Part shown: positions 47,120-52,369 of the stretch, piece by piece | Numbering within the stretch: position 1 is the stretch's first letter | Layout: every line of letters begins with the position of its first letter | Source: Phoronis australis | Taxonomy: Eukaryota; Animalia; Phoronida | Direction of reading: 5' to 3' | Assembly (NCBI GenBank): GCA_002633005.1 | Contig: NMRA01000424.1 | Coordinates: 319,999 to 372,367, forward strand | Length of the DNA stretch: 52,369 nucleotides | Made by a program: the position numbers and the translations under genes | The notes under the pieces: model-generated | Database searches by the model: none | What the model was told of the DNA's origin: nothing | What the model saw: the letters and a program-made list of their open reading frames with translations, nothing else

Positions 47120-49166
47120 TAACTGACCATTCATAGAGTCAGATTTTGTTTTGTGCAGATGACTTTTAAATGGCTACTTCCTTGCTGAGGAAATACTACA
47201 TTGTGATTTCTAGCATCTTGACTGAGGAATAGCCCATTCCATTGTCTTTTAGGTATCAAGAAAAACCGTTGTCAGGTGGTCTCAAAGGTATATGAAGACT
47301 GGCCTACTGACAGACAGGAGCAGGTATATTTTCTTTCTTCCACACTGGCAAAGGTATTTTCAGGAAAGTATTGCACAATTAGCAGTACTAGTTCTACTTC
47401 TTGTATTGTACACAGTGCATTAGGCACTAAGACTAAGTACCTATATAATGTAAGTTGCCAATAGAAGTGGGTTGGCACAAGAAAGCAGAAAAGGCTGTCC
47501 CATAATTGCACAGTGACAATCAATTGAATATTCATGCCATAGTATTTATGAGGCATATCCATCAATCAGAACCATGACCTAGTTTTCACGCCATTGTTAT
47601 TTCTCACTGCGGTGTTGTTACAAAAATTGCTTTTCTCGTCAACGGTATTGTGTTCAAACTTCTGATGTAGGTGAAATTTTACTGTTGTGCTGGAGATGGT
47701 GTAGCTCAACTGATGCGCTGAAATCTTTTCGCCGAATTATGCCTTACACCCACTAAAAATCAAAGTCACACTGACTAAATTATTATGTTTGTCAAATTCC
47801 AGTTTCGGGAGAAACGCTTTTATGGTACTTAGTGGCCATCATCAGGTAACAATTGTGTATCTACTTTTATACTTAGTTCAGCCTGTATTGCAGAAAAATT
47901 TCATGTTACATTTAAGTTACTTATTGTGGCAAAACGCCTTTAGAATCATTTTAGTTGCCGTATTAATTCTTGCTGTGATCTCTTTTCCATCGGCTGTTGC
48001 TTGAAAATAAACAAAAACCTTGTTTTTATTTTCTTAGTCAGATAACAAGCTGACAAAAATTATTATTGGAACTCATCAGCACCTTGCAAACTGACCCCAC
48101 GAGCACCTCAAAAATGGGTGAAAATCAATTTCACAAAATTGGCAAAATTTACTGCTCTGCAGTGATGATTAATGGAAACCCCTTTAGAAATTCATGGACT
48201 ATCTTCTGATAAAGAGGTTCAATGTGTCTTTAAATATATTTTTTTCTTTCCCTTTATTTAAAGCGGTTTCAAAACAACTTCTCTAACTCAACATTGTTGA
48301 GCCAAAAATGGGCTACCGATATTTTGGGCCAAATTAGTCATGATGCTCTAAATTAAAACAACAATGGCCCAAAAAATTGAATAAACATTTTGAACATATT
48401 TTTCAGAATCTGGGTAGGTGACCAGGGTAATTTTGTATTGACAAGTAACCCTTAAACAAGAGAAACTGGGCTTTCAGATGAGATCAGAAATGTTGACATA
48501 GTCACGATTCTAATTTTGTCTTAAGGTTGACCTTTTCACAAAATTGCTCTGGTCTTTGTTCAGGGCGGGGAATTTAACACCAATCCTTTCTTCACTAATG
48601 GCCTAGAAAACACCATTTTTGTAAACTTTGGTTCAGAGGTAGCTAAAGTAATTTGCAAGTATTTTCAAATCTCCATAAACTTCTCTTGATAATGCATCAA
48701 TTGTGTATAATAAGCCAGGGAATAGAATCGTATGAAGTGGCCAATTGTTTCCCATCTTTAAATTGTCTGACAAAATCCAACCAGATGGGAATATTGTTTC
48801 CTGGAGTACTTGGTGTAGAATTTCAAAATAACTGGTTGAACTTGCTGAAGTCCATCCTCACTCCAACTTCAAGCTGTTAATCCGACAATCTAATTTTGTA
48901 CATGTCAAGCAGAGTCGGGGGCCCTAGGTGAAGTATAATAGCTGCATTGTTACTCTGCATATGTTTGTTTCAGGCCAGGTAGACCGTCACCTCTTACGCC
49001 TAAGCTGGGGGAAATTGACCGCCTGACTGAGGGGAATCGTCAGATGTCATCCCAAGAACTGGCAAATATAATTGGCGTAAAGACGAGTGCCTCCTCAATC
49101 AGGAGATGTAGACAAAAGTTAAATTGGTTATTTGTGAATCGAAAATACTGTCAAAATGTTAAACAG
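43551..49166 (+). CDS. Spliced Tc1/mariner (IS630-Tc1-mariner) transposase-derived gene, paired-like double HTH; exons 43551-43670, 47253-47323, 48974-49166 (128 aa so far)
   Basis: Joined frame MVYRVKRLSIGLRRKIATLHSDGLSASQIQNRLMKENDVK|VSRKTVVRWSQRYMKTGLLTDRSR|PGRPSPLTPKLGEIDRLTEGNRQMSSQELANIIGVKTSASSIRRCRQKLNWLFVNRKYCQNVKQ. GT-AG introns of phase 0 and 2, no stops, HTH-GRP-HTH architecture. Absent from the ORF track. Confidence 0.85.
43691..44097. mobile_element. Degenerate MITE in intron 1
   Basis: GAGAGTCTGGTTTTCCGC..AAAACGG versus CCGTTTTT...GCCGAAAACCAGGGTCTC. Confidence 0.45.
44830..46045. mobile_element. Old foldback-type element with ~300-bp diverged inverted arms, in intron 1
   Basis: Arm blocks CACAGGCGCT, TTGGACACT, GAGTGGTGA, AATTCAAGGACCT, CATGGC at 44830-45165 are mirrored at 45740-46045. 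Confidence 0.7.
47042..47116. repeat. (CA)n followed by (TA)n microsatellite
   Basis: cacacacaca, then ~21 TA units at 47074-47116. Confidence 0.95.
47253..47323 (+). CDS. Transposase-derived gene exon 2 VSRKTVVRWSQRYMKTGLLTDRS
   Basis: Acceptor attgtcttttag|, donor AG|gtatat; 71 nt; recognition helix VS..TV.RW..RY..TG...DR. Confidence 0.85.
48974..49166 (+). CDS. Transposase-derived gene exon 3 (GRP linker, second HTH, W....RKYCQ)
   Basis: Acceptor tgtttgtttcag|, donor CAG|gtatgt; 193 nt, phase 2 to 0. Confidence 0.85.
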
Positions 49167-49419
49167 GTATGTAAAGTTTGCAAAGATAATGCATTAAAAT
49201 GTCACTAATTTGGGAAAAGATAATTGCCAAAATTAAGTTTCTCGATGTTTAAAGGCTTTTGTGAGTGCCCTTAACTACTTAAAACATCGCTTTATGGCAG
49301 TTTTGACATTACACATTTAACTGAACCGTTTTTCCTGAAAACTTAAACTTTTCTCCGATGGTCCAAATTCACGAGTTCATAGGCTCATTTGATAAACAAT
49401 GAAATAACTGCATATAGCT

Positions 49420-52369
49420 GAATGGTTTTGCTGGGTATTTGATTTCACCAATCAACTTAAAATGCAATCTATTATCAATGCCACTTGAAAGTATCAATCT
49501 GACAATCCTGACAATTATTAGGTGGTCAATATGACAGTTACGGAACCGTTCCGCAAACAATGGTTTTGTGGAGCTCACATCTTTAAATTGATGCTTGCGA
49601 ATTAAAGTTGAAATACATTCGATTGTCAATAACACATGAACATATCAATGTGTCAACATGATCCATAATTAATCAGTGGGGAACTTGCTGAATGGTTTGT
49701 GTTGTAGAAACTTACCTCAAGCTGACTCGGAAAAAATTGACATTTTGATTGTGCCATTTAACCGCTCATGGTAGAGTTTAACCCAAGCCAGGAAATATTC
49801 AAATCTTAATGTGCCAAAAGCTTAAACATGAATGTATCAGAACTTCTACCCTAACAATAATTATTTCATAAATGTGAGTTGCGGAACTGTTTCGCGAGGG
49901 GAACGATTTTCCACACAGAATGGATTTGCGGGGGTTTTGTTTTGCCCATTAAAGTTAAAATGTATCCCATTCTCTAATTTTGTTTACTTAAGACAGACTA
50001 CAAGAACTGGCAAGGGCACCCCACACCACCTTCACTAATTCTGGTGATAACATTAATGAGAGTGAAAAAACTAACATTGCAAGTGACAAATGAACTACTA
50101 GCCTGTTGTGATACTGATTGATGCTGATGAATCTAGACTTTCATATGGATCAGATATGCAGTTCAACAGTCTTATCTAATGGTGGTTGACCATCTCCATT
50201 TCATTTCAAAACCAGTACTATCCTCATACTGGTATACAGTTATGTAATCGAATTAGCTAGTTCAGGCCAAGCCTGATAACATTAGTTAATACCCTGCATT
50301 GTTGGCTTTGCCAGGTCTACTAAAGAACTGCTTGAGAATAGACAGTCACTCACCAAGAGGGATAGTAAATTTAAGCAACTAATCACATTTGCCTAACAAT
50401 GTTTATGTACACTGCTAGGTCATTGTTAATTTTTTCTTAGAACTTGACCATTTAATTCTAATGCAATCACCTTAGAATTAAAGTATTTTAGGTGCATAAT
50501 AACTTATTAAACTTTAAGTTCATTCTATGTTGGATTTTTCATGGACATTTTTCATACCAGTATAAGCAACTGTAGTACCCAAAACAGTGAACAGGTTTGT
50601 CACAAAAGCACTGTATTCTCTAGATTCAATTCATGTGTTATATTCGAGGATTCTTTTGGCCTGAAATTTGTTGTTCTGTCTTTGATAAATTTGTCTGTTT
50701 TTTTCTTTTCTTTTCTTTGTTTGCACTTTTACTTTTTATCATCTTTAAACCTCTGCTTTACACCATTGCTTTTCACCAGGTTCCAAATTTCTGGGTGTAC
50801 AATCTCAAAATCTCTGAATCAAAGTTAAACTGTTATAAACCAGTTGACACACTGGCAGGTTGACCTCCAAGCTGTATTGACCATTTATTGCTCTGTTTGC
50901 ATCACATTACCATGCAGAGGACAACAAGAGATTGGCAATTTAACTTCAGTGGCTAAGAAAGATTTCCCACACCTTGGCTAGAGTGATAGGTTCTCTATAC
51001 ATTGAAGTAAAGATTCCTCAATTTATAACGCAATATGGTGGAACAGTAAAATTATATTTTGTCAAATTTTTCAACAAAAGTAATTAGGATGAAAACATTT
51101 ACTTCGCTACTTGCTAAACTGGAAAAATGGCAACTTTGGCAATTGTCTTTGTTCTAAATAGTGGAATTTGCTGATTTAACAAGGAGAACCCAAAACTATG
51201 GCAGCCGCATTTTTGCACATCCAAACTTATTTAAACAAGAACAATATTTTACCATCCTTAGGTTGTTGAATCACGTGGTCATTCAAATGGTACTTTGCTA
51301 TTTTTACTTTCTACTCATTCGTAAATAAATTCTTTAACAAACAAAAGTGTGCATCTTAATTCCTTGTACACCAGCAAATTTCAATTCATTACGATGTAAT
51401 TTGTTTTGTTAGTTTATTCCCTTTAACTTAAATGTTTTTCACATTCCCATCAAAAGGGCAAAATCATCATGTGGTGAATCAAAGCTGTAGTTGCGAAATT
51501 TAGCATATTTTTGAGAAAGTGAATTTTCTGTTTGAGCTAAGATACCCGCATGCAGAAATGTTCCGCAACTGTCACTTTTATTAATGATTGTTAGGGTAGA
51601 AATTCTGGTACTTTTATGTTTAATGCTTGTTGTACGTTAAGATTTGAATATTTCATGGCTTGTGTTAAGGTTCTGCCAAAAGCGGTAAAATGGCATAGAC
51701 AAGATGTCGATTTTTCCTTCAGTCTGCTTGAGGTATAGGTTTCTGCATCACAAACCATTTAGCAAGTTCCCCACTGATCAATCATTGTTCATGTTGACAC
51801 ATTGATATTTCCAAATGCTATTGAGAATAGAGTATAATTCAACTGAAATGGGCAAGAAAATTTTTTTTGAACTTGTGAGGATCACAAAAGTGTTATTTGC
51901 AGAACGGTTCCGTATGCGGAACGGTTCCGCATGCGGAACGGTTCCGCAACTGTCACATTGATCAACTAATTACTGTTAGGATTGTCACGTCGATACTTTC
52001 AAGTGGCATTGATAATGTAATGCATTTTAAGTTGATTGGTGAAATCAAATGCCCAGCAAAACCATTCTGTTTGGGAAATCGCTCCCCATACCGAACGGTT
52101 CCGCATGTGGAATGGTTCCACAACTGTCGCATTGATCAAGTAACTATTATTAGGATTGTCACATTGATACTTTCAAGTGGTATTGATTATGGAATGCATT
52201 TTAACTTTATTGGTCATGAGGCAAAAATTGAACTTCTAATTAAGAAAATGCTAATTGAGGAAATAAAAATGTAACATTGTAAACATGTTTAGGGTAAGGT
52301 ATAGATTTGTTACATACCATTTTTATGGCCCTAAGTGGATATTAAAAAAGTGCGGAACCGTTCCGCACA
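49420..52369. repeat. Large inverted repeat (~49420-49965 versus ~51545-52107) built from subunits bounded by the palindrome TGCGGAAC(G/C)GTTCCGCA
   Basis: Colinear reverse-complement match over ~500 bp (for example CAGTGGGGAACTTGCT / AGCAAGTTCCCCACTG); palindrome variants at ~49539, 49880, 51552, 51898-51949 (x3), 52092 and 52352. Confidence 0.85.

Larger units (their letters stand above)
46897..48549 (+). repeat. Two diverged direct copies (~90 bp) of a TE end on either side of exon 2
   Basis: ACTGGGCTTT.A.ATGAGA.CAGAAAT.TT...ATAGTCA...TGTCTT.AGGT.GAC.TTTTCAC..AATTGC at ~46897-46985 and ~48459-48549. Confidence 0.7.

Noticed and set aside
51898-52369. Spaced palindromic repeats resembling a CRISPR array
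   Set aside because: Eukaryotic context, the intervening sequences are themselves repeats with irregular lengths, and there are no cas genes.

Overview
AT-rich animal (probably marine invertebrate) genomic DNA with spliceosomal introns and many transposon relics. There are no prokaryotic features. I assembled two spliced genes by hand that the ORF track shows only in pieces or misses. (1) A minus-strand gene (21906 to 1009) encodes a secreted protein with a signal peptide and two tandem MAM domains. It has 9 core exons (404 aa). Four more phase-compatible exons would add a 101-aa segment with weak astacin-like echoes but no zinc motif. (2) A plus-strand three-exon reading frame (43551-49166, possibly continuing past the window) encodes an intact Tc1/mariner-type paired-like double-HTH DNA-binding domain. 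Its kb-long introns are full of decayed TEs, which suggests a domesticated transposase. Between the two genes lie decayed plus-strand MAM exons, an inverted pseudogene-like paralog. Mobile DNA includes a Tx1/L1-type 3' end in the MAM gene 3' UTR, a TTAA-flanked THAP (Kolobok-like) element, a split THAP relic, RTEX-like and CR1-like LINEs (the latter interrupted by a Harbinger-type MITE), a Helentron-like (HINE) element, MITEs, tRNA-derived SINE heads, tandem repeats and large inverted repeats. All family assignments come from motif recognition, not database searches.
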